Below, piece after piece: positions 37,556-48,097 of a stretch of 64,000 bases of DNA (the first letter of the stretch is position 1; each line of letters starts with the position of its first letter). The notes beneath the pieces were generated by a model that did not search any database, had not been told where the DNA came from, and saw only the letters and a program-made list of their open reading frames with translations. The stretch is taken from assembly GCA_964389705.1 (NCBI GenBank), contig CAYMEO010000001.1, forward strand, positions 2,591 through 66,590, in the 5' to 3' direction. The position numbers were made by a program, and so were the translations under genes. This DNA comes from an uncultured Spirochaetia bacterium (GTDB lineage Bacteria; Desulfobacterota_D; UBA1144; Nemesobacterales; CSP1-2).

Positions 37556-38536
37556 ATGCAGCAAGCTACCATAGAGGCCGAAAACGGGGTTACAAAGGAG
37601 CTGAATTTTGAGGATAACGGGGTGCTCAAACAACTCTACGGCGAGCATAACGAGAACCTCAAGGAAATAGAAAACGTCTTCGGAGTGAAAATCTACTCAA
37701 GGGGTGGAAAACTCTCTCTGAAAGGAGAAGCCCAAGAGGTTGGATCAGCAGAGAAATTCCTCAATGAGATTTATCGCCTCATCTCAAAGGGTTATTCGCT
37801 TGATCCCGGCGACATTGAACTTGCCGCAAGGGTCGTAACCGAGGATAAAACCCCTCTTGAAGATATTTTTCTAGACACCGTGTGTATATCGACGAGGAAG
37901 AAGGTGATTGCCCCTAAGAGCCTTGCACAGAAGCTCTACATTGAAGCCATACGCAGGCATGACATCGTTTTTGGTATAGGCCCCGCTGGAACCGGAAAAA
38001 CATATCTCGCAATGGCTATGGCAGTCTCGGCTTTTGTAAACCGCGAGGTGAATCGGATAGTACTTACAAGGCCGGCAGTAGAGGCTGGAGAGAAATTGGG
38101 GTTTCTTCCAGGAGACCTCTATCAGAAGATTGATCCATATCTGAGACCGCTTTTTGATGCCCTATATGAAATGATGGATTTTGAGAAGGCAACGAGGCTC
38201 ATAGAGAAGGGGGCAATAGAAATAGCCCCCCTTGCATACATGAGAGGAAGGACATTAAACGACGCCTTTGTAATTCTCGATGAGGCTCAGAACACTACGG
38301 CTATGCAGATGAAGATGTTTCTTACAAGACTCGGGTTCAGCTCAAAGGCCGTAATAACAGGAGACGTTACTCAGGTTGACCTCTCTGTAGGTGAAAGGTC
38401 GGGACTTCTCGAGGCCGAATCCCTCCTTAGGGGAATCGAGGGGATTGCATTTACGTACTTTTCAAAAAGGGATGTTGTAAGACACCCTCTCGTTAAAAGA
38501 ATAATAGAGGCCTATGAGAACAAGGGAAAAGAGTAG
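37556..38536 (+). CDS. phoH: PhoH-family ATPase (YbeZ-like)
   Basis: 326 aa. N-terminal KH-like region. Walker [14 protein letters not shown]. Walker [10 protein letters not shown]. Confidence 0.9.
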   Translation: MQQATIEAENGVTKELNFEDNGVLKQLYGEHNENLKEIENVFGVKIYSRGGKLSLKGEAQEVGSAEKFLNEIYRLISKGYSLDPGDIELAARVVTEDKTPLEDIFLDTVCISTRKKVIAPKSLAQKLYIEAIRRHDIVFGIGPAGTGKTYLAMAMAVSAFVNREVNRIVLTRPAVEAGEKLGFLPGDLYQKIDPYLRPLFDALYEMMDFEKATRLIEKGAIEIAPLAYMRGRTLNDAFVILDEAQNTTAMQMKMFLTRLGFSSKAVITGDVTQVDLSVGERSGLLEAESLLRGIEGIAFTYFSKRDVVRHPLVKRIIEAYENKGKE

Positions 38537-38543
38537 AGGTTAT

Positions 38544-38861
38544 CTATACTTTTTTCTTTCCTACTATCTTTACGGCAATGTTGGGACGGGTTCCTGAAAC
38601 GTCCTTTAGCCACCCATCTTCAAAGATGATCTCTCTCCCATCTCTGGTAATCTCGTGCACTCTAAAAGCCTCTTTTTGCTCCTTTGGATCTGAGAAAGGG
38701 GCATCAACCCAGATGCCCCAGATAATATCAACGTCTATCGTTTCAGGATGAGAGATTGTATAGCTTTTAAGCTCGGCCAGCAGTTCATTCGTATGGGAAT
38801 TATATATCTTCAGAGCCATCTTACTTATCACCCTCCGATTTGATTTTTCATTGTCAGGCAA
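38544..38861 (-). CDS. hypothetical protein (no recognisable family)
   Basis: 105 aa ORF convergent with phoH. Possible internal start at MALKIY.. No motif recognised. Confidence 0.3.
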   Translation of the reverse strand: MPDNEKSNRRVISKMALKIYNSHTNELLAELKSYTISHPETIDVDIIWGIWVDAPFSDPKEQKEAFRVHEITRDGREIIFEDGWLKDVSGTRPNIAVKIVGKKKV

Positions 38862-38914
38862 ATCTAGATCAGTTTACCATAGTGTGTAAAAGAAGTAGAT
38901 GCGCAGCCTCATAC

Positions 38915-38942
38915 TTGACCCGATATGGCAGTGTGCTAAAAT
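38915..38942 (+). promoter_or_regulatory. putative sigma70 promoter for the hemD-hemE fusion gene
   Basis: TTGACC (38915-38920), 16 nt spacer, TAAAAT (38937-38942). About 60 nt upstream of the GTG start. A 7 bp hairpin GTTGCTC-ctgc-GAGCAAC lies in the leader. Confidence 0.4.
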
Positions 38943-39002
38943 CAAACATGATGTTATTCAGTTGCTCCTGCGAGCAACAGCAATACTAAGGTTGGGTATC
39001 AA

Positions 39003-40961
39003 GTGGCATCTAATTTTAATGGACTGCGCGTAGTGGCGTTTGAGAGCCGCCGCGCTAGTGAGATAGAGAAACTAATCGCATATTACGGTGGTGTGCCAAA
39101 GGTTGCGCCCTCTATGCGTGAGGTGCCTTTATCTGAGTCAACTGAGGCACTAGAATTTGCGGAGAATCTGTTTAATGAGAGGATTGACGTTGTCATTTTT
39201 CTCACCGGTATAGGCACCCGCATCCTATCAGATGTTATTGCAACGCGGTATACTCGCGAGCGATTTACAGAGGCCTTAAAGCGCATCACTATTGTCTCCC
39301 GCGGTCCCAAACCGGTTGCGGTGCTGAGGGAGATGGGGCTAAAACCCGATATACTCATTCCTGAGCCAAATACCTGGCGAGACATACTCTCTACCCTAAG
39401 CAGTGCTCTTTCGCTTCAGGGCATTAGGGTTGCCGTGCAGGAATACGGCATCTCTAATCCAGAATTAATAGAGGGATTACGCAAATACGGTGCACTCGTC
39501 ACAGTAGTCCCTGTCTATCAATGGGCATTGCCAGAAGACATTACGCCGCTTCGCAATACGATCGGTGCAATAATAAGGGGGGAGGCAGACATTGCCCTTT
39601 TTACAAGCTCACAGCAGGTACGTCACCTAATTCAGGTTGCCTCTGCTGATGGATTAGAGCAGCCCCTTCGGGAGGCGTTCAAGCAGATCGCTATAGGTTC
39701 TATAGGGCCGACTACAACAGAGGCACTGCATGAGATGGGGCTTAGGGTAGACTATGAGCCTGACAGCCCCAAGATGGGCAATCTTGTGCGTGAGATGGCA
39801 AGGCGTGGGGCGGATCTTTTACGCAAGAAGCGGGTTGCATATTTAAATGGCGTAGACACAACCCAATGGCGGCGTATTGATATGGTCTGGACAACTGATG
39901 CAGTTTGTTGCCCTTCTGCTTCTGTCCAATCCGTATTTATGAAGGCCTGCCGTCGTGAGGCAGTTGATTATACCCCGATCTGGCTTATGCGGCAGGCAGG
40001 GCGGTTCATTCGCGAGTACCGTGAACTGCGTGCCAAAGTACCGTTCTTAGAACTCTGCAAGACCCCGGAACTCGTCTCTGAGGTGACGCTAATGGCGGTA
40101 GACCGCCTGGGGGTAGATGCCGCTATAATATTTGCGGATATTCTTCTTATCCTTGAACCTATGGGTATAGAATTGGAATTCTCGAGAGGAGACGGTCCGG
40201 TTATAAAAAAGCCCATTCGTACGGGTATAGCAGTGGATGCACTAAGGGACTTTGAGCCGGACGCATTGGGCTTTGTCTATGATGCTGTTCAAATTACTCG
40301 GCGTGCACTTGACTCAAATCTAGCGCTCATCGGATTCGCTGGTGCTCCATTTACAGTTGCATCTTATATAATTGAGGGCGGTGGCTCGCGCAATTATGAA
40401 AACACAAAGAGGCTTATGTACTTTGATTCGGGTGCGTGGCATGCATTAATGGAGCGGCTGTCTCAGGCAACTGCCGCTTATCTCAATAGGCAGATTGCTG
40501 CCGGTGCGGATGCGGTGCAGGTATTCGATAGCTGGGTGGGGTGTCTTTCACCCGATGACTATCGCGAGTTTGTGTTGCCCCATATGCGTCGTCTTATTCG
40601 AGGTCTTACGCCAGGCGTGCCCGTCATACACTTCGGTACCGATACGGCTGCATTGCTTGAGTTGATGAAAGAGGCAGGGGGCGACGTGATTGGGCTTGAC
40701 TGGCGCGTGGACTTGAAGGAGGCATGGGAGCGGCTTGGCTATGACATAGCCGTGCAGGGCAATCTCGACCCGGCTGTGCTTCTAGCTCCGCCATCCGAAA
40801 TTTCCCGTCGTGCCGTAAGAATTTTGGAAAAGGCCGAGGGGCGCCCTGGTCACATATTCAACCTAGGACACGGCGTGCTTCCGGGTACACCGGTTGACCA
40901 CGTGCTTGCTCTTGTGGATGCGGTTCATGAATACACAATCTCGCGTGAAGATAAACGATAA
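39003..40961 (+). CDS. hemE: fusion protein: uroporphyrinogen-III synthase (HemD) N-terminal domain plus uroporphyrinogen decarboxylase (HemE) C-terminal domain
   Basis: 652 aa, GTG start. Residues 1 to about 270 are HemD-like (two alpha/beta half-domains, LRVVAFESRRASEIEKLI...). Residues about 300-652 are URO-D (PIWLMRQAGRF, ...IFADILLILEPMG..., GHIFNLGHGVLPGTP). Confidence 0.85.
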   Translation: MASNFNGLRVVAFESRRASEIEKLIAYYGGVPKVAPSMREVPLSESTEALEFAENLFNERIDVVIFLTGIGTRILSDVIATRYTRERFTEALKRITIVSRGPKPVAVLREMGLKPDILIPEPNTWRDILSTLSSALSLQGIRVAVQEYGISNPELIEGLRKYGALVTVVPVYQWALPEDITPLRNTIGAIIRGEADIALFTSSQQVRHLIQVASADGLEQPLREAFKQIAIGSIGPTTTEALHEMGLRVDYEPDSPKMGNLVREMARRGADLLRKKRVAYLNGVDTTQWRRIDMVWTTDAVCCPSASVQSVFMKACRREAVDYTPIWLMRQAGRFIREYRELRAKVPFLELCKTPELVSEVTLMAVDRLGVDAAIIFADILLILEPMGIELEFSRGDGPVIKKPIRTGIAVDALRDFEPDALGFVYDAVQITRRALDSNLALIGFAGAPFTVASYIIEGGGSRNYENTKRLMYFDSGAWHALMERLSQATAAYLNRQIAAGADAVQVFDSWVGCLSPDDYREFVLPHMRRLIRGLTPGVPVIHFGTDTAALLELMKEAGGDVIGLDWRVDLKEAWERLGYDIAVQGNLDPAVLLAPPSEISRRAVRILEKAEGRPGHIFNLGHGVLPGTPVDHVLALVDAVHEYTISREDKR

Positions 40962-41026
40962 ATTGAAGTAATCTCGTATTGTCCAACCGACTTAGCGTAT
41001 CCAAGTGTAAACTGTCTTTAATATAA

Positions 41027-41560
41027 TTAATAAACTGGACTACAGCTGCTTGTCGAAGAGTTCCAGTTTCCCTCAACAACGCTTATTCTTCCAAATGGAC
41101 TTACTACGACTTGCCCACACCTCTCGCCATTTTTACTACTGGTGGGTTGTATATTAACCGTTCCACTAGCGCCGCCAAGTGTGCCATCTGGATTAAAATT
41201 AAATGTCTTGCTGGCCGGTGATAGAGTTACTTGTTTGACGTCTATTATTTGAGAGCTTTCAGTAACATAGCAACTAGAACAGGTACCCCTGTTGCTGTTG
41301 CCCCTTTGTGTTACTATAGTCAGGGTCTTAGCTGTCGAGTCGAATGTTAAAACCGCCTGATACTCTAAGCCCTGCCTTGCAGACTTGAGTTTTATGAGTT
41401 GAAGCGAGGATGAAATCGTCCTTGTTACATTGTCCGTTGAATGGCGCTTATAAAATTTCCCTGACAGTACCCCACCCAGTATAATAAGGGCACTTGTAAC
41501 TCCCATCACAAACAGGAGCTCTACTACACTAAATCCTTCTCCTTTTTCCATAAAAGCCAT
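41027..41560 (-). CDS. type IV pilin-like protein (PilE/FimT-like minor pilin; prepilin N-terminal methylation motif)
   Basis: 177 aa. Prepilin leader and cleavage motif KGEGFSVVELLFVMGVTSALIIL (G/FS...E at +5). Confidence 0.75.
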   Translation of the reverse strand: MAFMEKGEGFSVVELLFVMGVTSALIILGGVLSGKFYKRHSTDNVTRTISSSLQLIKLKSARQGLEYQAVLTFDSTAKTLTIVTQRGNSNRGTCSSCYVTESSQIIDVKQVTLSPASKTFNFNPDGTLGGASGTVNIQPTSSKNGERCGQVVVSPFGRISVVEGNWNSSTSSCSPVY

Positions 41561-41575
41561 TATATCACCTTCTCT

Positions 41576-44500
41576 CTATAAAATCTGCTCCCAGAAGAGG
41601 GTCTGGGTTCTCGTTGGAAACGGAGGGAGCTGCCATACCAGGAACTGTGAGCCCCCGGTGGTTGAGTTACCAGTAAAGGCTACAGTCAAGACAACAGAGC
41701 CACGGGCACCAAATGTAAGCTGTGCGGGTGTTGGCATCCCCTGTGCCACGGTTCTTCCGGCAGCCGCATTTTGTTGAGTTGAACTTCCCTGAATAAGGTT
41801 TTTTGCTCCGGGTATTCGTACTAAAGCGGGCTGTCCCGACAAATAATCCAGGGCAAATATGTTTCCTACTCCGGTGCTTTGCGCACAGGCATTGGTCAGA
41901 TTGGTGTTTGGGGCAAATGTTGTAAATACAAGCACCCTGTTTATTACTACAGGGGAGCCAAATCCCTTTTCACCGCTTGGGGTAGAGACATTATTAGGGA
42001 AATTAACTATAAACTGCCCTTGATTATTAACGGTGCTACCGCCTGAGGTTGTAAATTGATTAGATACCCCAGACTGGGCTACGAGGTTAATAATTTGACC
42101 CGAGGTGAAATTAGATTCAGTCTGCATTGGAACCGTTACTGCTGTACCACCGGCGAGAAACGCAGGGATATAACCGTCAATGAAGTTGTAGAGCTTTCCA
42201 AACTCTGCGGTACCGGTTGAGGAATTGGTGGTAAGGCTCGGATCCCTTCTGTCTCCGGTTATAAATATTACATGCCTCTGACCGAGGTCATCCAGTACGG
42301 CAGTCGGGGCAAAGAATATCGGTTGCCTATTGGTGGTTGGAACGTTATTGGCCTTGGTGCACTCTGTAGAGGAGTTTGCACAAAAGGCTATGTCGCCTGT
42401 CCAAACGCTTTTGCCCGTACTGGGGTTTATAGTGGTTATATTTGCAGTTCCGCGAAGGCCGGTTTTAGTAACGTCGTTGCCGGCATCGAATATAGGCTGT
42501 GAGACATCAAATCTCCAGAGCCTTCCACATGTATCGCCCTCATAGACTACATCTATAAACCCGTCTCCATTTAAATCAAACGCACCAACTTTACTCGGCA
42601 TATCGCAAATCATCCTAGAGTCGGTCACAGTGGCGTTTGGTGCACTCGCTGTATCATGGGCGAACTTGAATATTATGTTTCCCGTTGCTATATCTATGAC
42701 ATAAAAGGCATTACCTAAACTGACACCGCTGCTTGGGTTAAAGTTCTCAGGTGGTATAGTAGGGTCGGCTCCGCCTCCCACAAACATGACCCATCTGTCT
42801 ACTATAATGGCATTGCCGTTTTTATCCTTTGTGTTCATCCTTACCCTTCCGATTGTTGGATCGGACCACACGTTTCCAAAATTCTTATCAAATACAGTCC
42901 AAAGGTGCCTTGGGTAATCGGGGCCGTTGCTCAGTTTCTTCAGATTGGCTTGGGTTCTATCTACATTGGTAACATCAAGGGCTATATAAGCCCCGCCGCC
43001 GTTTCTAAAACCCGAAAGAAGGACTGAGTGCCATTCCTTTCCACATGGGTCTATAGTACCGTCGGTATCCGGATTACTTGTGCAGCTGGCATTATTTTGA
43101 ATCCCATTCTGATAGCCGTCAATCCAGACATCAGCAACGAGGGGCGAGCCATCAAAAAATGACCTCTCCGGTTGATTATTATTCATAACAAATGTCTTAA
43201 AATCACCGAACCGATAATCGGGCGGATTAATATTCGGAAGTACGGGTGGAGGCGACGGGGAAGGCGACGGTGCAGGTGAGGTAAGTGTGTCTGGGAGAAA
43301 TGTAGGAGGAGCAAATCCAAAGAGTTCTGTCCCATCCCCTGCACTAAAGAATGGGAGTGATTCGTTCTTCAGTGTAAATGGGTTCTTTTGCGGATTGGTT
43401 GCGGAGGCATTTACAAAGTCTCCGGCATTAAACCCATGTAGGAATCCGTCGTTGGCTCCTACATAAACAACCCCGGTCCTGTTTTGGAAGGCTCCGGCAA
43501 AGTTTTGAAAACCGACATCAAAGAATAGGGGGGAAGGTGAACCGACTACTACCGGGGTTGAGTGGAATATATCACCGAGACGGACAGAACATGTATCGAG
43601 GCTGCCGGTACCTGTTTGGGGATCAGGACAGTTTGTACCCATCGTACCCATAGGGTCTCCTACTGGCAGAACCTGGGTATCACCGCTCATGAAATCTACA
43701 ATCTCATCCCGGATACAGTTTTTAACACAGGTCTTACAGGTCGAACTTGTTACATCACTACAACTGGATGTGCAATCATCTATACCGCCCGTTGAGCAAA
43801 AATCGGGTATAGGACTAGCTACATCGCTATCTGTAATGCCAAAGAGTGAGGGCGGAAGGCTATTGTCAAATTTAGCCCGCTCGCCTCTGTATCTTATGCT
43901 GACAACATTACTCCCGCTTTTTACGGTATCAACCGTGCTTGAATTCGTTATATCTACACTAAAGAGATTTCGGGGGTTTTGAGTGAGGTTCCTTTCAGCT
44001 AAGCTCTTCCCAGCCTCCCAGTAGAAGTTCTGAGCGAAGTCATTTAATGAGCCATTAGCGTTAAATATAGGGTTCTGTTGTGGTGTATTATCAACGATTA
44101 TCTTGGCGCCTATGTTATTAGGGTCATCTATAAATGCGTAGAGTGCCAGCCTTCCCTGCCAGATACGCGATGTAGTAATGGGTGTGAGTATAGATAAAAA
44201 TACCCTGTCTCTAAGGGCCACGCTCGTTGATGACTGCGGTGCGGTAGGCGCAACCCCAGAGGTGCTAAATGTTTTAATAAACTGGAGTATGGTTTGGAGG
44301 GCGGTAGAGAGTTCTTCGGCGTTATTTGCAAAGAAGGCAAACCCATCAAGTGGTTGTGTGGATGTAAACGGTGCACCTGTGTCAAAGAAATTGTTATCAA
44401 ATATATTTGCCCCTTGAAATGTACAAACACCGCTTTCATTGGGGGTCTTACAGCCCTGGAGTTGCGCGCTGGAGGGGCTTGTATCAATACCGAGGGCCAT

Positions 44501-46198
44501 AGCAAGGTTCTTAAAAACCTGAAAGGCGCTTCCGCTCGGAATCATACTATTTATGTCCACAGTCCCAATAGTGGTTCCATCGGGAGCGGTGTGTTTTATT
44601 ATTCCCGTCGTACTGGTTCCTCCTGCGAGGGCCATAGCATTGAGCGTTCTCTTTGCCGTGTCGTCATGGATCCCAATTCCGATTACAAATGTAAGAATCT
44701 CTTTTTTAAAGGTCTGACCGCCGTTTGACGCCGGGTTTCTGGCATAATAGGTTCTGAGATTGCTTACAGCCTGTACTGAGCTCCTTCTGTTTGCATCGGT
44801 TGTTACACTACCACTGCAAGAGCCGCTGGTTGCACTGCATTGACCCGAGCACGTATCCTCTCCGTCTGTTATCACAATCACAAATTCGGGTCTGCAGGAG
44901 ATCGCAGGGTCGGTTTGAAGCTCTACCTTATAGACTCCAAGGGCATCGTTGTTTATGACATTTCCGCCTCCGGAGCCATTGCCGTTGTTATCATCAAGGC
45001 CCAGGGCATAGGCTAATGGTGTACCGCCGTTGGACTGACTTCCCCTAAAGAATTTCCAAAAGTTCTGAAGGTCGGATTGGCTTTGACCTGCGAATCCGCC
45101 CTGAGCAATTTGAAATGTGTTATTACTTGTACAACCGTTCCAACTTGCCCCTGAGTATGTCATGGCGCGGAGTCTTAAACCTAGAATTGAGGCATCATTA
45201 TTTGTAAGCTCATCAATTATGCCTTCTGCTGGGCTTGTAGGGAGCTTAAAATTGGTTCCCGTTCCCTGTACCTGTGCACTAACATCCCTAAATGGGGTCT
45301 GCATCCAGTTTTGACAGTTGATACTCGTACTTACCCCATCAAAGAGTCTACTTGGATCACTACATGTCTTTGAGGCGAGGGAATTATCAGCATCTAGGAG
45401 GCTATAGATCACATTGAGGGCCATATCGAGGCGTGAACTACCGAGTTGCGGCACACCCGTGCAGTTGGGCGTTCCACCTGAGCACGCAGAGGCTTTATTT
45501 GTAGTAATAGATTGTGAGGTCTGCATACAGGTTTTGAATCTGGTGTAGTCATTGCTCGTATTGCAAGCGGGGTTTGTATCACCACTGAGTTGACAATTTG
45601 CAGCGGTCATACACTGTGTAAGACCGGCTGCCGCCTCTACTGCTGCTGCCGCATCTTGCATCTTAGTTGAGGTGTTACAATTTGTCAGTGCATATGATAT
45701 TTGGGTTGATTGAGTACAACCCGACCCGCCGCAAATCGTCTGAAGTGTCGGACACATGTTGAAACTGGATTTTTTTTGTTGAATACAATTCAACTGATTA
45801 TTGAGCTCGCTTTGTGTGCTGCATATACCGTCTGCACAATTTTGAAAACCGCATACATCCGTACCCGCCGCGTTCTCAATGCAGTGCGAGGATTTTATGT
45901 ATTGGTCAGATGTTCCGTCAAGGAAGAAGTTCTCACAGGTTGAGATAACATTTGTATTGTCCCAGTTGCCTATTTCAGTGCCCCCGTAGTTTAGTGCCAT
46001 AGAGCCCGAAAGGTCGAGGATCATAAGAACGTCTGGCTGCCCGCCTACGAATTGAGAGATCAGTATATTTTGGTCCTCTACTTGGTTTTGGATGATGGGG
46101 TTTCCATGGGCGCCGGTCACAAAAAGCAGTGCAGCGAAAACCAAGGCTATTTTCAATTTGTAGATTCTCTCTTTCAAGAAACCTGGCTTAATAAACAT
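41576..46198 (-). CDS. pilY1: PilY1/PilC-like type IV pilus tip-associated adhesin with N-terminal vWA domain and C-terminal PilY1 beta-propeller/Ca-binding region
   Basis: About 1540 aa. The track ORF extends to 46228, but the likely start is the Met at 46198 (MFIKPGFLKERIYKLKIALVFAALLFVTGAHG signal peptide). vWA MIDAS motif DLSGSM. Extremely Cys-rich central region. Pro/Ser linker PAPSPSPSPPP. C-terminal EF-hand-like loop DLNGDGFIDVVYEGD, typical of PilY1. Confidence 0.75.
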   Translation of the reverse strand: MFIKPGFLKERIYKLKIALVFAALLFVTGAHGNPIIQNQVEDQNILISQFVGGQPDVLMILDLSGSMALNYGGTEIGNWDNTNVISTCENFFLDGTSDQYIKSSHCIENAAGTDVCGFQNCADGICSTQSELNNQLNCIQQKKSSFNMCPTLQTICGGSGCTQSTQISYALTNCNTSTKMQDAAAAVEAAAGLTQCMTAANCQLSGDTNPACNTSNDYTRFKTCMQTSQSITTNKASACSGGTPNCTGVPQLGSSRLDMALNVIYSLLDADNSLASKTCSDPSRLFDGVSTSINCQNWMQTPFRDVSAQVQGTGTNFKLPTSPAEGIIDELTNNDASILGLRLRAMTYSGASWNGCTSNNTFQIAQGGFAGQSQSDLQNFWKFFRGSQSNGGTPLAYALGLDDNNGNGSGGGNVINNDALGVYKVELQTDPAISCRPEFVIVITDGEDTCSGQCSATSGSCSGSVTTDANRRSSVQAVSNLRTYYARNPASNGGQTFKKEILTFVIGIGIHDDTAKRTLNAMALAGGTSTTGIIKHTAPDGTTIGTVDINSMIPSGSAFQVFKNLAMALGIDTSPSSAQLQGCKTPNESGVCTFQGANIFDNNFFDTGAPFTSTQPLDGFAFFANNAEELSTALQTILQFIKTFSTSGVAPTAPQSSTSVALRDRVFLSILTPITTSRIWQGRLALYAFIDDPNNIGAKIIVDNTPQQNPIFNANGSLNDFAQNFYWEAGKSLAERNLTQNPRNLFSVDITNSSTVDTVKSGSNVVSIRYRGERAKFDNSLPPSLFGITDSDVASPIPDFCSTGGIDDCTSSCSDVTSSTCKTCVKNCIRDEIVDFMSGDTQVLPVGDPMGTMGTNCPDPQTGTGSLDTCSVRLGDIFHSTPVVVGSPSPLFFDVGFQNFAGAFQNRTGVVYVGANDGFLHGFNAGDFVNASATNPQKNPFTLKNESLPFFSAGDGTELFGFAPPTFLPDTLTSPAPSPSPSPPPVLPNINPPDYRFGDFKTFVMNNNQPERSFFDGSPLVADVWIDGYQNGIQNNASCTSNPDTDGTIDPCGKEWHSVLLSGFRNGGGAYIALDVTNVDRTQANLKKLSNGPDYPRHLWTVFDKNFGNVWSDPTIGRVRMNTKDKNGNAIIVDRWVMFVGGGADPTIPPENFNPSSGVSLGNAFYVIDIATGNIIFKFAHDTASAPNATVTDSRMICDMPSKVGAFDLNGDGFIDVVYEGDTCGRLWRFDVSQPIFDAGNDVTKTGLRGTANITTINPSTGKSVWTGDIAFCANSSTECTKANNVPTTNRQPIFFAPTAVLDDLGQRHVIFITGDRRDPSLTTNSSTGTAEFGKLYNFIDGYIPAFLAGGTAVTVPMQTESNFTSGQIINLVAQSGVSNQFTTSGGSTVNNQGQFIVNFPNNVSTPSGEKGFGSPVVINRVLVFTTFAPNTNLTNACAQSTGVGNIFALDYLSGQPALVRIPGAKNLIQGSSTQQNAAAGRTVAQGMPTPAQLTFGARGSVVLTVAFTGNSTTGGSQFLVWQLPPFPTRTQTLFWEQIL

Positions 46199-46745
46199 TG
46201 CTTGCACCTCCGGGAATAAAGCTTTCAAAACCTGCGGATAGCTCCGTTCCTGTGTTTATATTCGGATTTGTATCATTCATGTCTTTATCCCTAGCATCCT
46301 TTCCAGTAACCAGGAAACTCGTTGGAACCAGTGCGGCACCCCCAATACCACCGGAGGGAAGACTCACATGCTTCAGGGGCCTTCCTAAAATTTTTGTCGG
46401 CGGTGGGACCTGTAAGAAGGGAACGGGGCCATTGGAGCTACTATAGTCTCTCGGACCAGTTCTGCATTGTGCCCCGTTTGGAAGTGTGATTTGTATGCCT
46501 GTGGTAATGCCACTTTGGAGTTGAAAATAGAGCGTTTCAATCCCCACTACTTCGAATTGCCTTCTTGCCTCATCAATGCACCTTTCGGCAGCAAGAAAGG
46601 CCTCCTGTCCTTGCTTATAATTAGACATCATCTGGAAATCCACATTTGATGTGAAAGAAACTGAGATTGCCAGTATAGAGATTATAAGGAGTATTATTAA
46701 GGCTAGGATTAGGGCGACTCCGTTCTCTTTCTTCAGATTTTTCAT
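46188..46745 (-). CDS. pilX: PilX-like minor pilin (pilus assembly protein PilX N-terminal domain)
   Basis: 185 aa. ENGVALILALIILLIISILAISVSF... hydrophobic N-terminus followed by AFLAAERCIDEA, the PilX pattern. Confidence 0.65.
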   Translation of the reverse strand: MKNLKKENGVALILALIILLIISILAISVSFTSNVDFQMMSNYKQGQEAFLAAERCIDEARRQFEVVGIETLYFQLQSGITTGIQITLPNGAQCRTGPRDYSSSNGPVPFLQVPPPTKILGRPLKHVSLPSGGIGGAALVPTSFLVTGKDARDKDMNDTNPNINTGTELSAGFESFIPGGASNVY

Positions 46746-46783
46746 CCTTAGATCTCCTTCTTTATGCGCATCAAATACTACAA

Positions 46784-48064
46784 TTATCCAAAATCCTCTC
46801 TTGCCATGTTTCTTATATAAACAGTTGTTGAAAAAACCTTATATATGTATCCAGCTCCTAATGATGGAAACGTATCTGATGTAGTGGATGTTGTTCTTTG
46901 AGGCACATCGCCAATCCCCGTGATTGTCTGTACAGGGATGCGGAGTCCCTCTGTTAAAAGGGGTTTGACTCTAGATCTTACTAGTAGGTAGATTTCGACA
47001 CTCCTTATATCCTTTTGTCTGCCTAAAAGAGAGGGATCGGCAGAGAAATCCGAAAACATTCTTTTGGTAGTATCCTTACAGCTACTTGAGGAGCAGACGC
47101 CGACCTTTGTAACTCCGCCATCTGTATCTTGGAGGTTAAAGACGAATTGAAGGTCAACTATACCTGGGGCATCGCTACCACCGGCAATGGGTTGAAAGCT
47201 GCCTGCCCCATTTTGCTGCATTTCAAGCTGCCTTGAGGTTGTATCTACACTAAAGGTCCTTGACCGTACTATAGTCATCTCAGATGTCTGGGAGGCAATG
47301 GTTGGTATAAAGCCGTAGTTTACTCCATTTACTGTCACGCCGTTTATAAAACTAGACATGCTGGAAAAACTGCTCACTGGAAAATTCTCTTCTACAATTG
47401 AACTAACATTATCTGCAATTGTAGCCTGCTGATTAGTTGTATCAACTGTGCTTACACTCAGTATAACCGAGCATTCAGTGCATGACTTTGGCTGTGTTCC
47501 ACAGTTTATATTAGGGTCTGGACTACAGAGATTGATCCTTGACCTGAAACCTAGTAGGTCTCCGGCTTGTAATAATGGTATTGTTAATGAAGTCCCATCA
47601 GGGTTCTTAAACCAATCTGATGGAAGCTGTAATTTCAAGGGCGGCCCTGGACTAACAATTGACACAACACCTGGAACCGATGGGAATCTCGGGGCTAGTG
47701 GGTTAGCAGGCTGGCCGCTGTTCTCCCCCCTTGTTATATCCCATGTGAATATCATAAGACAGTCAGGTGGAGAGTTTACTGTCCCGGGTTTGGTTGTATT
47801 TGTTGTAGTACAGCCAGTTGATGAGCTGCCTCCATTTACAAAAATCAGTGAAAATGGCTTTCCTTGCCTTGCTGTAGCGTTTCTAATTTCTGATGCAATG
47901 TAGTTAAGGGCGGCTCTTCCTGTCTGGTCTAGGTCTATATCTTCTTGTGTAAAGGTAGATTGCTTTTGCTGCTGTATAAATGCTATGGTCAACCCCGTGA
48001 GGATGATAGTAAAAATAGCCGTTGCGATTAAAAGCTCAACCATTGTAAAGCCTCTGCTGTTCAT
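46784..48064 (-). CDS. pilW: PilW-like minor pilin
   Basis: 426 aa. Prepilin motif RGFTMVELLIATAIFTIIL. Large variable C-terminal domain. Confidence 0.7.
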   Translation of the reverse strand: MNSRGFTMVELLIATAIFTIILTGLTIAFIQQQKQSTFTQEDIDLDQTGRAALNYIASEIRNATARQGKPFSLIFVNGGSSSTGCTTTNTTKPGTVNSPPDCLMIFTWDITRGENSGQPANPLAPRFPSVPGVVSIVSPGPPLKLQLPSDWFKNPDGTSLTIPLLQAGDLLGFRSRINLCSPDPNINCGTQPKSCTECSVILSVSTVDTTNQQATIADNVSSIVEENFPVSSFSSMSSFINGVTVNGVNYGFIPTIASQTSEMTIVRSRTFSVDTTSRQLEMQQNGAGSFQPIAGGSDAPGIVDLQFVFNLQDTDGGVTKVGVCSSSSCKDTTKRMFSDFSADPSLLGRQKDIRSVEIYLLVRSRVKPLLTEGLRIPVQTITGIGDVPQRTTSTTSDTFPSLGAGYIYKVFSTTVYIRNMAREDFG

Positions 48065-48097
48065 AAAAAGCCTCCTTTACTCTCTCAAATGAAATAA

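Noticed and set aside
41576-46228. Multiple 60-150 aa ORFs on both strands inside pilY1 (for example 42272-42502, 43562-43795, 44128-44505, 44294-44728, 45710-45943)
   Set aside because: Nested in or antisense to the 1550 aa PilY1 reading frame, with no independent motifs. They are by-products of the long GC-balanced ORF.
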